The notes: generated by a model from the sequence alone, not told the origin. 64,000 bases of DNA from Vitrella brassicaformis CCMP3155 (GCA_001179505.1 CDMY01000531.1:1-64000); one strand, 5' to 3'; counted from the stretch's first letter, positions 53,051 through 63,987 are shown. Translations and numbers: made by a program.

Positions 53051-53456
53051 GCAAGGCATTGAGGCTGACACACACGAATGAATGAATAAATCATCTCCGT
53101 TCGACTTATCATTCTCCTGTTGTCCGTCTGTGTGTGTTTGCATCCGTCAGCTGGCGATGAACATCAGCGGCAGCCTGTGCGCCGTCGTTGATCGTGCGCC
53201 GTGACCGTGGGTGAGAGGAGGCATAGCGGGGACAAGTGGAGCGATAACACGCGCATTGCAGGGTACGTCCGCCCGGCAGAGAGGGAGGATACGACTGCAC
53301 ACCACTGCAGCTCTGCGTGTGTGTGTGTGTGTGTGTGTGCAGACTGTTCCACATCACCGGCGTGTGACGGCCTACGCTCGGCTACGCTGTGGTGTGGTGC
53401 CCGTGGTGTAGGACAGCTCGACTACTCGTCCCTCCCATAGCGACACCCACACGCAC

Positions 53457-54812
53457 ATGGAGATGGACACAACTTTTGGCGTTGAGGCTTTGGTAGTTCT
53501 CGGTCTTCTTGACGTCATACGCCTCCTCGCGTGTGCCGTCCGCGGTGTTCGTCGTCATGCCAGCTTCCCCCTTCTCAATGTCGCTGGCGTGGTGGTCGCA
53601 CATGCAAGACTGATCATCGCCATACTCCTCTGTAAGAAGCGATACAAGCACAGCAATGCAATGGCAGAGTCCCGACTCCTCTCGTCTCCGTGTGTGTGCT
53701 TCTCCCTTCCAGATGTGTACTCGGAGCGGGGTGGTTCTGGGGTCGAGTCGCTGATGGACATATTCCTGAGCCCCTTCTTCCACGCCCTTGCCCTCATCCT
53801 CGCGCTCGTATTCTTCCCTCAGACGCCTCCCGACGCCGACAGACAACACGCCGACATCTTTGAGAGCGTCAAAAAACAATCCGCCGCCATCTCTGAGATC
53901 TGGGGCATCCAGCTGCCCCGCGATTTGCCTCGCCTCTGCTTCATGAATCGCCAGCAAATAGATGACTTGCTGAAGCACGCCCGGATACTGCAGGAGTCTG
54001 CGGTGATGCTTAACAAGCTGCGGCAAGTCGTGGAGCGTGCCATCAATGCCGCCCTCAAGCCGCAGCGCGACATCGCCGCCCGCATCGGCTGCCTGCTGCC
54101 CATGGTGCCGCACCACGATGACGGCACGGATCAGCCGGTGGACGGCGAGACGTATCGCCTGACCTACAAGCACCACGGCGAGTCACCCCACCACGACCCC
54201 CGCGACCTCACATTCGGTCCGTACGAGGCCACATCCATCGCCTGGAAGATCGGCGCATTTCTCCACGACCCGTCGGCTGCCCGTGCGGTCATCGGCGAGT
54301 ACCGCGACGACGACCTCATCGACGACGACCTCATCGACGACGACCTCATCGGCGACTGGCTTGATCCGCGGATCAAGCGCCGTGTGAGAGCCGCCGTCGA
54401 CCATTTCGTCAAGCAGGCGGCCACCAGGACGGCGAGCAACCGGGAGGTGGTGGGCAAGACCGAGAGGGGCGAGGGCGGACGGCCGGGGGGGGTGCTGGCT
54501 CGGTGGTGGGATCGTCTGAGGGGTGTGACGGGGGCTAAGGGTGTGACGGGGGATGGACAAGGCAAGCTGACGGTGCGCGTGCCGGCACTGCAGTGCTTCG
54601 CCATCCACGGAGAAGGACAGCATCCTCACAGGCGTCTCGGCGTGCCCGAGGTGGTGCATCGGGCGATCCTGGACGAGGTGGCCGCATACCGGATTAGCGG
54701 AGTCGTCAAGGGCTTCAACAGCCACTTGAGCGACACCGACTGCCAGTTCCAGTGGGGGCAGCTAGGCTACATCGACGAGTCGGGCTGCTTCGTATCGCTG
54801 GGCATCAACTAG
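53457..54812 (+). CDS. Lineage-specific repeat-family protein with N-terminal TM segments
   Basis: 451-aa ORF with a probable in-frame intron near 53631-53712 and three hydrophobic stretches. C-terminus RVPALQCFAI..RLGVPEVVHRAILDE..VVKGFN..QLGYIDESG..LGIN matches a C-terminal domain I recall from many Vitrella hypothetical proteins. Confidence 0.7.
   Translation: MEMDTTFGVEALVVLGLLDVIRLLACAVRGVRRHASFPLLNVAGVVVAHARLIIAILLCKKRYKHSNAMAESRLLSSPCVCFSLPDVYSERGGSGVESLMDIFLSPFFHALALILALVFFPQTPPDADRQHADIFESVKKQSAAISEIWGIQLPRDLPRLCFMNRQQIDDLLKHARILQESAVMLNKLRQVVERAINAALKPQRDIAARIGCLLPMVPHHDDGTDQPVDGETYRLTYKHHGESPHHDPRDLTFGPYEATSIAWKIGAFLHDPSAARAVIGEYRDDDLIDDDLIDDDLIGDWLDPRIKRRVRAAVDHFVKQAATRTASNREVVGKTERGEGGRPGGVLARWWDRLRGVTGAKGVTGDGQGKLTVRVPALQCFAIHGEGQHPHRRLGVPEVVHRAILDEVAAYRISGVVKGFNSHLSDTDCQFQWGQLGYIDESGCFVSLGIN
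54306..54350 (+). repeat. 15-nt coding tandem repeat x3 (DDDLI)
   Basis: GACGACGACCTCATC repeated three times exactly. Confidence 0.95.
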
Positions 54813-55902
54813 GAAGGATGGGATGGGAGGGAGGGGGGAGCCTGGACGGTCCGTAGCTTAAAGGGGGCTGGGCATGTCGTGTCATGTCTGTCTGTCTGCC
54901 TGTCTGTCTGCCTTGTCGCCTGTCCGTCTGGCCGTCTTGTCTGGTTGTGAGAGCAAAGTGTGCTTTGCCACCTAGGCGGCGCACAAGCAACACGACCCCC
55001 CTCTTGGTCTGTCTGTCCCACTGTGGGTGTCGGCTGGCGGGTTTTTGTGGTACGTTGTGTGGCTTGGTGTGCGCCTGCCTGACGACTGACTGTGGATGAA
55101 CGCCCGGTCAGTGGTGATCTGTTTTGCCTACCTGTGCATTCATACGGCCTCTGCCTGCGGTAAGCGTCGTGTTATGGGGTGTGTTGCTGGCTGGCGCCTT
55201 CCCGTTTCGTGATGCATTGGTTGACGTCTTCTCGTGCTGGCGACCCAATCAGCTCGAGGATGCGTCAACCGATGCCGCGTGAGACGGAAAGACCCTTCCC
55301 GACGCATCCACAAATGGACAACAAATCCCAGTGGGTGGGTGCATGTGTATAGCTTCGTCAGACTTGCATGGCTGTGTGGGGGCGTGGGTGGACGGCGTCG
55401 CACATGTATATACCTAAACACTTAAGGAACATCCCCAAAGGAACATCCCCAAATATAGCTAGCCCTCGATCGGATGCGAAAATCGCCGCCGCCTCTGACA
55501 TGCCCAGAGAGCGCGCGCGTGTGTGTGCGTGTGTGTCCGTTGTGAATGAATGAAGATCGCTAATATACATCTGGATGAATGGATGGACACTTCGGACGGT
55601 ATTTCCGATCAGTGCACCAGCTGCGATTGTCATCTCACGGATGGACGCGCACACGCGCACGCAAGTATGCGTCTCTCGACACGTCTGCCCACCACACGAG
55701 CATTGTCTGCCGGCCGGTCTTTGCTGAACATGTGTGGAAAAAAGGAGGGCCAGACGGGCAGGCAGCAACGTCTCTCTCCTCATCCATCCATCCATCCATT
55801 CTTTCTGTCAGTCCGTCAGTCGCTGTGTGGGTGCTCCCACGTGCAGCCCTCGTGTGGCTTCATGGCCAAAGTTTTATGGCCTTTGCCACGTGCCACAGAC
55901 GG

Positions 55903-56901
55903 CTAGGAGAATGACGAACACGGGCAGCCCGCCGGGGATGAATGCACCCCAATCTTCCGTCGGCACCTTCTTCTCCTTCATGAGCACGTCATACTCCAGC
56001 ACATCCTACAGACACACAAGACAGACAGACAGCACGCACACGTCGGTTGGTTTTCCTGGCTTCTCTCTCTCGGTGTGTACCATGCCGTAGAGGGAAATGT
56101 CGTCGAACACGAAGCCGGCATGATGAGCAAGTCTCTCTTTGTACCTCATTCGAGCACGCCTTGATGTGTAGATACTTTTCTTGGCCGTCGGCTTGCCGCC
56201 TCAGCTTCTAATGGCCCTGCAGGGCAAAATGCATCGAAGCCTGTGAGCGCATTTACGCAGGCAATACTGTCTACCGTGACGGCTGGGCCCGAGCAGAAGT
56301 CGCATTTCATGCTCGCCCACGGTGACGGCAGGGCAGCAGAGCGGGCAGTGTTGGTGTTGGTGGGGGCGGTCTGTTTGTGTGCAGCAGCGAGTGTCTTGCA
56401 CGCCTCCTTGTGGCCTCTGTCACGCCAATCGACCAGCTGACACTCCTGCATGGACACAAGAAGGAAGACAACCCACAGGTCCCCCTCCATTCATTTCTGT
56501 CGTCCATGTGTGTTCCACTGCTGACCTTGGAGCAGTACACACGCCGGTAGCAGCTCCCGCAACGCTGAAATCGACACAAGGCAACACCATGTGCCCCTCT
56601 TTCCCCTATTCGCCTCCTCTCTCTCTCTTGTCGACACCTTCGGCTGTGTCACCCTCTTGGAGCAGACGTCACATACCGACGCAGTCGATACACCATCACC
56701 ACCTCCAGCGACTCACCGCCATCTGGCAAGCCTGCGTGAGCAGATCAATGGATACGGAGAGGAGCCTGGCCGGTACTGCGGTTGGTTTGAACGTACCATG
56801 GTGGCCTTATTCTTGCAGAAGTAGCACTCCATGCCAGCAGCAGCCGCAGAGCTGCTGGACTGGCGCTGCTGCTTGCATTTGGACGTTTTCGCTCGCTGCA
56901 T
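55903..56901 (-). CDS. MYND-type zinc-finger protein, multi-exon
   Basis: Spliced CDVCSKRVTQPK|RCGSCYRRVYCSK|ECQLVDWRDRGHKEACK fits the MYND pattern. Last exon DVLEYDVLMKEKK..CPCSSFS*. The join of the 5' exons is uncertain. Confidence 0.75.
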
Positions 56902-57023
56902 CGTCGGAGATGCTCGAAACAACAAAAATGATGGGGAAAGGGGACGGTATGTAAACGGAACGACTGCAAGCTTAGCTCGCGTTGAGCGGGCGAGGAAGAG
57001 GAGCCGTTCATGCCTGTATAGCG

Positions 57024-58120
57024 ATGGTGATGATGCAGAGGACTCTCTCTCAATTGATAGTCCGTCTTTCCCTTATCTTGCTCACTCAAGCTGTCGGTGG
57101 CGTCCTGGGAGTCGTCACAAGCCTCAAGGCATCATCATTAGCATCGCGAAGGGCGGCTCCCACTACATCTTCTCTCGGCTTTGTCGGATCTTCATTGGCG
57201 AGCGTCAGATCTGCGGACCACCTCGCGCACAAGACTCCCTATCGCTCTGCTCGGCCCCTGTTCTCCGGACCGTCATCGCCTAATGTGAAGCAGCAGCCAC
57301 AGCCGCAGGCGAGCGATACGGTGGATCCGCGCATTGTGGAGCGCGTCAACGCGGAGCTGGGTGCCCGGTTCAACATCGATGTGGATCAGCTGATGAACCC
57401 ACTCAAGGTGCTGGGCCTGGAGCAGGAGCTAGAGACCCTCAACGCCGAGATGGAGACCCTCAAGGCCAAGCCGCAGATGGCCGAGGTGCAGGCAGCCATA
57501 GTCGAGCTAGACCAGACCATCACCAAGAAGTAGAATATCCTCGAGGCCGAGAAGGCCTTGTACGTCAGGGGCTGGCTCAAGGCCGTGTTTCTGGGGAAGT
57601 CAGCACTCGCGGCGGTCATCAGTGGGATGCTGGTGTACAACAACGTGCCTGGCGTGGGTGAGGTGGAGGTGGACCTCTCGCTGCAGTTTTTGGGGGTCTA
57701 GAACTGGTGGCTGTTCATCATCCCTTCATTGTGGGCTCGCAAGCCCGTCAAGAAGGAGAAGAGGGCGCTCGACTGGGCATTTTTGGCCGTCTTGGTGACC
57801 ACACTCGCCGCGCCGTCGTTCACCAAGGTAAGAAGACAGACACGCATCTCTGCTCGTGGATTCATCTCCTTGTGTGGTGTGTGTCGTTCAGAGCCGTCGA
57901 CCATCCAATGGACCAACGCTGCCGTCCTCGGCATCTCTTATGCCATCAGCTCCAGCGCTCCCTTTCCCCTTTTCGACCAGGGCGACGCCCAGCAGGAGGA
58001 GCAGGAGGGCCCCGAGTGGCTGAGCTGGTGAATACACACAGCGACATTCACACATTCACCCATCCATCCACAATGCCTGTCTGTCTGGGTGTGTGCAGGT
58101 GTGGAGTGCGATGGACGAGC
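57024..58120 (+). pseudogene. RPH1-like plastid membrane protein gene with two in-frame TAG codons (pseudogene or recoded gene)
   Basis: Signal+transit leader and coiled coil, then RGWLKAVFLG..LQFLGV*NWWLFIIPSLWARKPVKKEKRALDWAFL, which resembles plant RPH1 WMFTIPSLRAR..KKEKEALN (from memory). TAG at 57531-57533 and 57699-57701. Confidence 0.65.
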
Positions 58121-58696
58121 CCACCGAGAAGGTAGCAGCGTTGTGGGTGGCTCTGCTCCGCGTGCCCGTGGCGAGTCGGCATGCGGCTGCCTTCGGCAAA
58201 CAGGATGTCGTCATGACATTCCGACAGGGCGACATGGCTGCTGCTGACAAAATCGCCGCCATCCTCCTGGGCAAGGAGTACGCTCGATACCTGTCGCCAG
58301 ATGAACGGTGAACACGCACATAAGCTGCACGCACAGACATGATGGCGAGAGGTGGGTATGCATGTTGTCAGGAGCCGCATCGAGTGGCTGACAGGGGTTG
58401 TCGCATCACAGCGGAGCGGCAATGAGTCATTCCTCTCCGGCGTGTGCCCGGCCCCTCGCTGCAACGGGTTCCTGTCCGCCCTGGTATGGCGGTGTCACTC
58501 ATGCGGTGCGCGAGTGGCCCTATGCAGCCTGACGCTGAGACTAGAGCTGCCTGAAGACATGACGAGGTGCCCTGTGTGTGACGCGGCGTACTCGTCGAAC
58601 GTCATCTCTCCCGCTGGCGGGCTGTGCGCGTATTGCGGTGTGGGTGTGTGCCGAGATCGATTAAGCAGGCGGAAGGGCTGCTTTCGTATTGAGTGA
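58099..58696 (+). CDS. Two in-phase exons encoding a Cys-rich zinc-binding module
   Basis: ..YLSPDER|SRIEWL..CPAPRC..RCHSCG..LCSLT..RCPVCD..LCAYCG..*. Intron 58310-58372 is canonical and in phase. No own start codon. Confidence 0.5.
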
Positions 58697-59008
58697 GCTC
58701 TGTGACCTTGACGAGTGCATGGCCGATCGCGTGGCTGAAGACCGCTGCCGTCTGCTCGCCCGGCGTGTCAAGGGACACCACAGCAGCTGCAAACGCGAGT
58801 GACTGATTGAGTGACTTGTGCATCGATCATGTACGTGGGGCACGTGTACGCATAACGTCTATATCGCCTGTACATACGTAATCGTCTGTACACGATCTTG
58901 ATTTGCATCGACTAGCAAACAAAGAAACAAACAAACAAACAAATCTGTTTCATCGTTCATCGGCTGACTGCCTGGCTGAGTGACGGGCTGACGATCAATC
59001 AATCGACG

Positions 59009-61410
59009 ATGGGCGCCTGCACGATGACGCTCGCTCTGCTGTGTGTGTTGGCGTTGCTGGCCGGTCCTTGGTGTGTGTCGTGCCAGCAGCCTCCCTCCAA
59101 CATCGACAGAGGGTCAGCCAGACGCACACAGACAGACAGACAGACACACGCACACAAGGAGTGTATGTCTCCATTCCATATGTGTGTGTGTCTGTCTGTC
59201 TGTGTGCGTGTTTGTATGTGGGTGCAGGGAGTTTGCGTCGGCCACTGAAGGAGAGGAGGTCAGTGACACCACAGACACACACACTCACACACACACACTC
59301 TCACTCTCACTCTCACTCACATGTGAATCATGTTTGTCTCTGTGTCTCTATCTGATCATGTGAATCAGGTGCGCCAAGAGGTCCGTCGACAGGTCGAAGG
59401 GATGGAGGACGCGATTGCCGAGCAGGCACGACTCAGGCAGCGAAGCGGCAATGTCTGGAGCATGCACGGAGCCCCTCTCTTCGTCCCCGCCGTCCCACCC
59501 GCCCTCTCTGCCTCGAGCATGGGCATGATGCCTCCGAGTGGCGTCATGACGCAACCAGCTCCCGGGCAGAACCAACTCAACCTCAACCTCGGCCCCACCC
59601 AGTACAGCCCCTCGCCGTACACCGTCCAGCGCCCAATGTCGTTCCGGCAGATCGACACACCCGCCGCGAGTGTGAGTGCCAGTGACCCTGTGGCCGGCTC
59701 TCTGTTGGCCACCGACGGATTCATGCCAACGACAGCAGTGGGCGATGGTGAAGACGATGGCACGTCGACCAAGAACAACGGCATCATAGGCAACGGCATC
59801 AGCCAGGTGTGCACCACACACAGACAGGCAGGGAGACACACAAACCAAAGTCTATGTGTGACGGATGTCTTTGTGATTGATGTCAGCTTGAGGATGTGGC
59901 GGGCGGCGACAAACAAGAGACACGTGACGAAGACGACAATGGCCAACGAGTAAGTCGATGAAACGAACCTCTCACACACGACACACATGAATGAATGAAT
60001 GAATGAATGAAATGTGTTTGTTGTGTGTTTTCTCAGTCTGATGTGTCAGAGGGTGCGGCAAGTGACGAGTCAGCATCCACAACCACAACCACAACCACAA
60101 TGGCCACCACCAACACCAGCAGCAAAGGGGACGGCCGCTTCACTCCGATGACACTGGTACGCCATCGCATGACTGACATTCTGCATGAAACATGTCTGTG
60201 TCAGAACGCGTTCCATATGTACGTCAAATTTATACTCGGCCTGCAAAACTCGTCGAAAACCGAGGCACGCAGAGACGACACCACAGGGCCTCGATGGATG
60301 CGACATTCATGTTTTCGTGTGATGTGTGCAGCGCCCGCTCAGTGTCGGAGGGCATGCAGACGCAGCTGCGTCGGATCTCATGGGCGGCGGCGGCTTTTGG
60401 GGTGGCGACCCCTTCTTCATCTTCCCGCCCAAGGGTAAACACTGAAGGCGTGCCGACAGCAGAAGCAGCAGATGAATCGATGGATGTCTTATAGGCAAGA
60501 TGATCACCGTGGCCGATCACTTGAGAGAGGTGGCAGTCATGATGATGCGGGGCACTCAGGCCGTTCAGGTGGTGAACTCCGATGAGGAGGGCGAGACCGA
60601 TCCGCGGAGTGGTGAGCAGCACACATGACACACACACACACACACACACACAGTGACTGACACATGTGTTGGTGGCTGTTTGAATGCGTGTGTGAATGCA
60701 GCCAACCTGGCGGGTAATCAGGATTGACGTTGACACCATCACTATCACTCATCCGTGCATTCTTCTTGCAGCGGCCAAGTGCAAGGCCGTCGAGGCCGCT
60801 AACGCGCTGGACAGCAAGGGCGAGTCGCCGCTCACTGGCGTAAGTCAGCACGGATGCACAAACGCATGCAGAGTCTATTCCTTATTCTCTGCGTGTGTGT
60901 TCAGGCGAGAAGAAGGGCTGGCAGACGACACGGAACAAGAGAGGAGAGCGAAAACGAGCTGATAAACGAGGTCTGACACCCAGTCAGACAGTCAGACAGC
61001 CCTTTGCATGTTATGTGTGTTTGTATGTTGTGCAGATGCTCAAGTTCGCTCTGCAGCTTTTTCAGGGCGAAGAGAAGCGCCAAGGCCGCCAGCCGCACGC
61101 CACCTGGACTAAGATGAATGAACTGCTCAGGGCGTTCAAAATCTACGCGAAGGGGGTCATGAGTAAGGACGCACACAAGGAATCATCGTGTGTGCGTGCA
61201 TCCCGTGCATGCATTTTGATTTGCGTGTGTGCGCGTTAAGGCTCGGAGGACTGGTCGGCACCCGCTCCAGCCGCTGCGTCGTCGTCAAGTGCCCCCGCCG
61301 CCGACCAGCCCCCCGCCCAAGAGCAACCCGCAAGCCAGCCGCCCGCCGAGCAGACCGCACCTGCCGAGCAGACCGCACCGCGGTTCGAACTGCCGTGGTT
61401 CATAGGCTAA
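59009..61410 (+). CDS. Secreted/surface hypothetical protein, multi-exon including a 12-nt microexon
   Basis: Signal peptide MGACTMTLALLCVLALLAGPWCVSC. Exons join in phase through DLMGGGGFWGGDPFFIFPPKG|KMITVADHL..|ANLA|AKCKAVEAA..|..NELINE|MLKFALQL..|..FELPWFIG*. Confidence 0.65.
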
Positions 61411-61788
61411 GTGACTGACTGACTGACTACTGAGTGACTGACGCAGGCTGACTGCTGACTGACGCAGCGTGAATGCATGGTCTCTAGTATCGATCCATTC
61501 ACCCTGTCGATCCATCCATCCATGCATCCACCATCCATCCACCAAGCCAGACAGACAAACCTTCACACCACACACCCAGACACACTCTTTCATTCGACCC
61601 CGAGCAAAGGCTGTCAGTGTGTCCTGACCGGGGTGGGTGGCACATCCCAGGTTCACGCGGCGACCACAGCTTAAAGGCTGTATATCGGCCACACACGCGC
61701 CCCTGAGAGGCCAGTCCACCAGCCAGCCGCAAAGGCCCGTCCGTCAGAGTTCACGCCTGCACCAAGGATGGTGCATGACGCGCCCCCT

Positions 61789-61853
61789 GACGGCGGACAC
61801 TTGCACGGACAAACACCCACAACACGCTGCATCACAGTCAACGGGCAGGCATG
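61789..61853 (+). repeat. Dispersed repeat, copy 1 (partner at 63888-63987)
   Basis: Shared blocks GACGGCGGAC, GGACAAACACCCA, CAACACGC, TGCATCACAGTCA and GGCAGGCATG in the same order and orientation. Confidence 0.75.
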
Positions 61854-62515
61854 GGCCTCGATCGACACAGCAACCTGAGCGGGTCAGTTTTTTCGTCACT
61901 TTATGGACATTAATTTCGCGAAATTTGCAGAGGCACTTTGAGGGATGGTAGAGGGCACGTAAACGTCCATCCAGACATGCAGAATGACCACCATTCACGT
62001 GAAATCACGATTGTTTGCCAGTGCAAAGTCCGACATGTACGAAGACCGGAAAGGAATGACAGAAAGGGGAGAAGTGTCAAAGCGACAAAATCATCGATGG
62101 TGACAGACACACACAAATGGATGGATGGATGGATGCATTGATGGATGGATGTGTCTCTCCCTCGGAGTCCCTCCCTCTGATGTGTCTCGTCCTCTCTCAG
62201 GGAGAGGGAGGGACGAACACCCCTGTTGAGGTCGTTCTGCTTGATGAGCGGCTCATGTCCATTCACCATGCCTCGGCGTGCCTGTAGACGTCTCTCCGTC
62301 TGCGTCCGTGTCTCGTCCGTGCTGTCGTGTGTGGGGGTGTGCGCGTGGGTGGGTGGGCGTCTGGCGTCAGGTTGATCTTGACGATGCGGGCCAGGTCGAG
62401 GTTAGTTGGAAGGTTGGCAGTCGACCATTCGGGAAGGTTGTCTTGACGTGTGCCTGACCTGCGATGAGCATTCGTCTTATCGACTGACCTCAGCTCATCT
62501 CGGCCCTGTTGTTGT

Positions 62516-63330
62516 CTATCCACTCCCGGAGGACTGTTGCAGTGCTGCTTTGCTGGACTGCCCCTCCTCCAGGTTGACGTTGAACAGGCAGAGCAGCTCG
62601 CTCAGGAGAGAGGACGAGACACAATCACACGCAGCCTGAAGTAAGTGAAGGACAACCCCATGGACGTGAGCGTGATCTGCCTGTGGGTACCTGCTCCTCG
62701 TCAGATGGATGGGTGCGGCCCTGCCGGTTGCGCGCAAGTCTGCTACAGGTCTTGAAATCATAGTCGAGCTCCTGCGTGCGATGTGCGATGGCCTTCACAC
62801 GGCGGGTGTGATGCGGCTCGCCTGGAGGACACTTGGGCAGCTTGTTGGCGTCAGGCGGAGCAACCTCATCCGTTCATCCATCTCACCGGGCACTTCCTCT
62901 TCCTCGATGAGCGGCTCGTCCTCGTCGTCAGCCAGAGGGCTGGCATCAAGTGGCGAAAGGCTGCCCCTCCCTCGCCGTGCCTGCGGGCGGCCGTCGCCCT
63001 CCTCGGTATCATAATCGTGCTGGGCGTGCTGGTTAGGTTCGTCGAGTGCGTCCATCTCGGCGTCGTTGTGGTCGTCCATGAACTCGCCGTCACGGTTGTC
63101 CACAGAAGGCTCCGAGTGACGGTCCTCATCATCTGAGCAATGGAACAGTTGGAGTCTGAATCAATGACTGTCAATCATTGCTGACCCTGCTGCTCGTCCT
63201 TGATTTTCTGTCGCTTGGTGGCCGACTCAGCGCCTGAGTGAGAGGCAGAAACACAGATGAGTAAATGGATGGTGTGCTTTTGCCATCGCTGCTTCTCTCT
63301 TACCTTCTGATTTGCTCCGCGCTTTGTCAT
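62516..63330 (-). CDS. Hypothetical acidic protein, multi-exon; start and end uncertain
   Basis: Exons SEG|AESATKRQKIKDEQQ|DDEDRHSEPSVDNRDGEFMDD..EEEEVP|GEPHHTRRVKAIAHRTQEL..EEQ| join at GT-AG sites. Confidence 0.45.
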
Positions 63331-63552
63331 CGTGGCCGCGCGGGAAGGCAGCCTCCCATCCAAACGTGCCGACAACAACAACTAATGCCTTAGAAACGTG
63401 CCGACAACACTGTCATTCCTTCTCATTCTCTGCACTCAATTGTAAACGCATGCATGCGTTGCTGGGGGCACCCCCCGCCTTGACTGCGTCTCATTTCCAT
63501 CATCGCTGCATACGCACGTGCATATGTATACATGCGCTCGACTTCGATGTCG

Positions 63553-63823
63553 AAAATCGCTTCTAGCGCAAGAACGAGAAGGCCAATCGGCCAGGTTTTG
63601 AGTGGAGCGAAGACGCCATTCAATTCCCCACAACATAGGCAGATCGGATTTTCGAGAAACGTGTTCTGTGTGGAGTTTTCCCTAGGTCTACGTGAAGCCC
63701 TGTATGTCTGCCGGCACAAAATCGCTTCTAGCGCAAGAACGAGAAGGCCAATCGGCCAGGTCTTTCGCCTGTTAAGTGCCCCAGAGGGAGCCCGAAAACA
63801 TAGGCAGATCGGATTTTCGAGAA
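63553..63823 (+). repeat. Two-unit direct repeat, 165-nt period, with conserved 44-nt and 27-nt blocks and unrelated spacers
   Basis: Block A at 63553-63596 and 63718-63761 is identical; block B at 63632-63658 and 63797-63823 is identical. Confidence 0.9.
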
Positions 63824-63887
63824 CGGGTATTGTCTTGCGACATGCTCAAAAAGGTGGCGATTTGTCATAACCGCTCAGTTTGCTGTC

Positions 63888-63987
63888 GACGGCGGACGCT
63901 TCTATGGACAAACACCCAGCAAAAACCCTTGCCCCCACAACACGCGGGCTGCATCACAGTCAGCAGGCAGGCAGGCAGGCAGGCATG
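63888..63987 (+). repeat. Dispersed repeat, copy 2 (partner at 61789-61853)
   Basis: Same blocks as copy 1, with short insertions and an expanded GCAG run. Confidence 0.75.

Noticed and set aside
57530-57743. Tiny in-frame GT-AG introns (39 nt at 57530-57568; 48 nt at 57696-57743) that would remove both TAG codons
   Set aside because: They lack the pyrimidine tract and microsatellite style of other introns, and would delete the family-conserved EKAxxxRGW and WWLFIIPSL motifs. Worth checking only if RNA-seq shows these junctions.
60714-60771. Conserved intron as a box C/D snoRNA
   Set aside because: C/D-like words (GTGATGG, CTGA) appear only on the antisense strand and only about 17 nt apart, too close for a snoRNA.
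63553-63823. CRISPR array
   Set aside because: Only two units with two alternating repeat types, eukaryotic context and no cas genes. Reported as an unexplained repeat instead.
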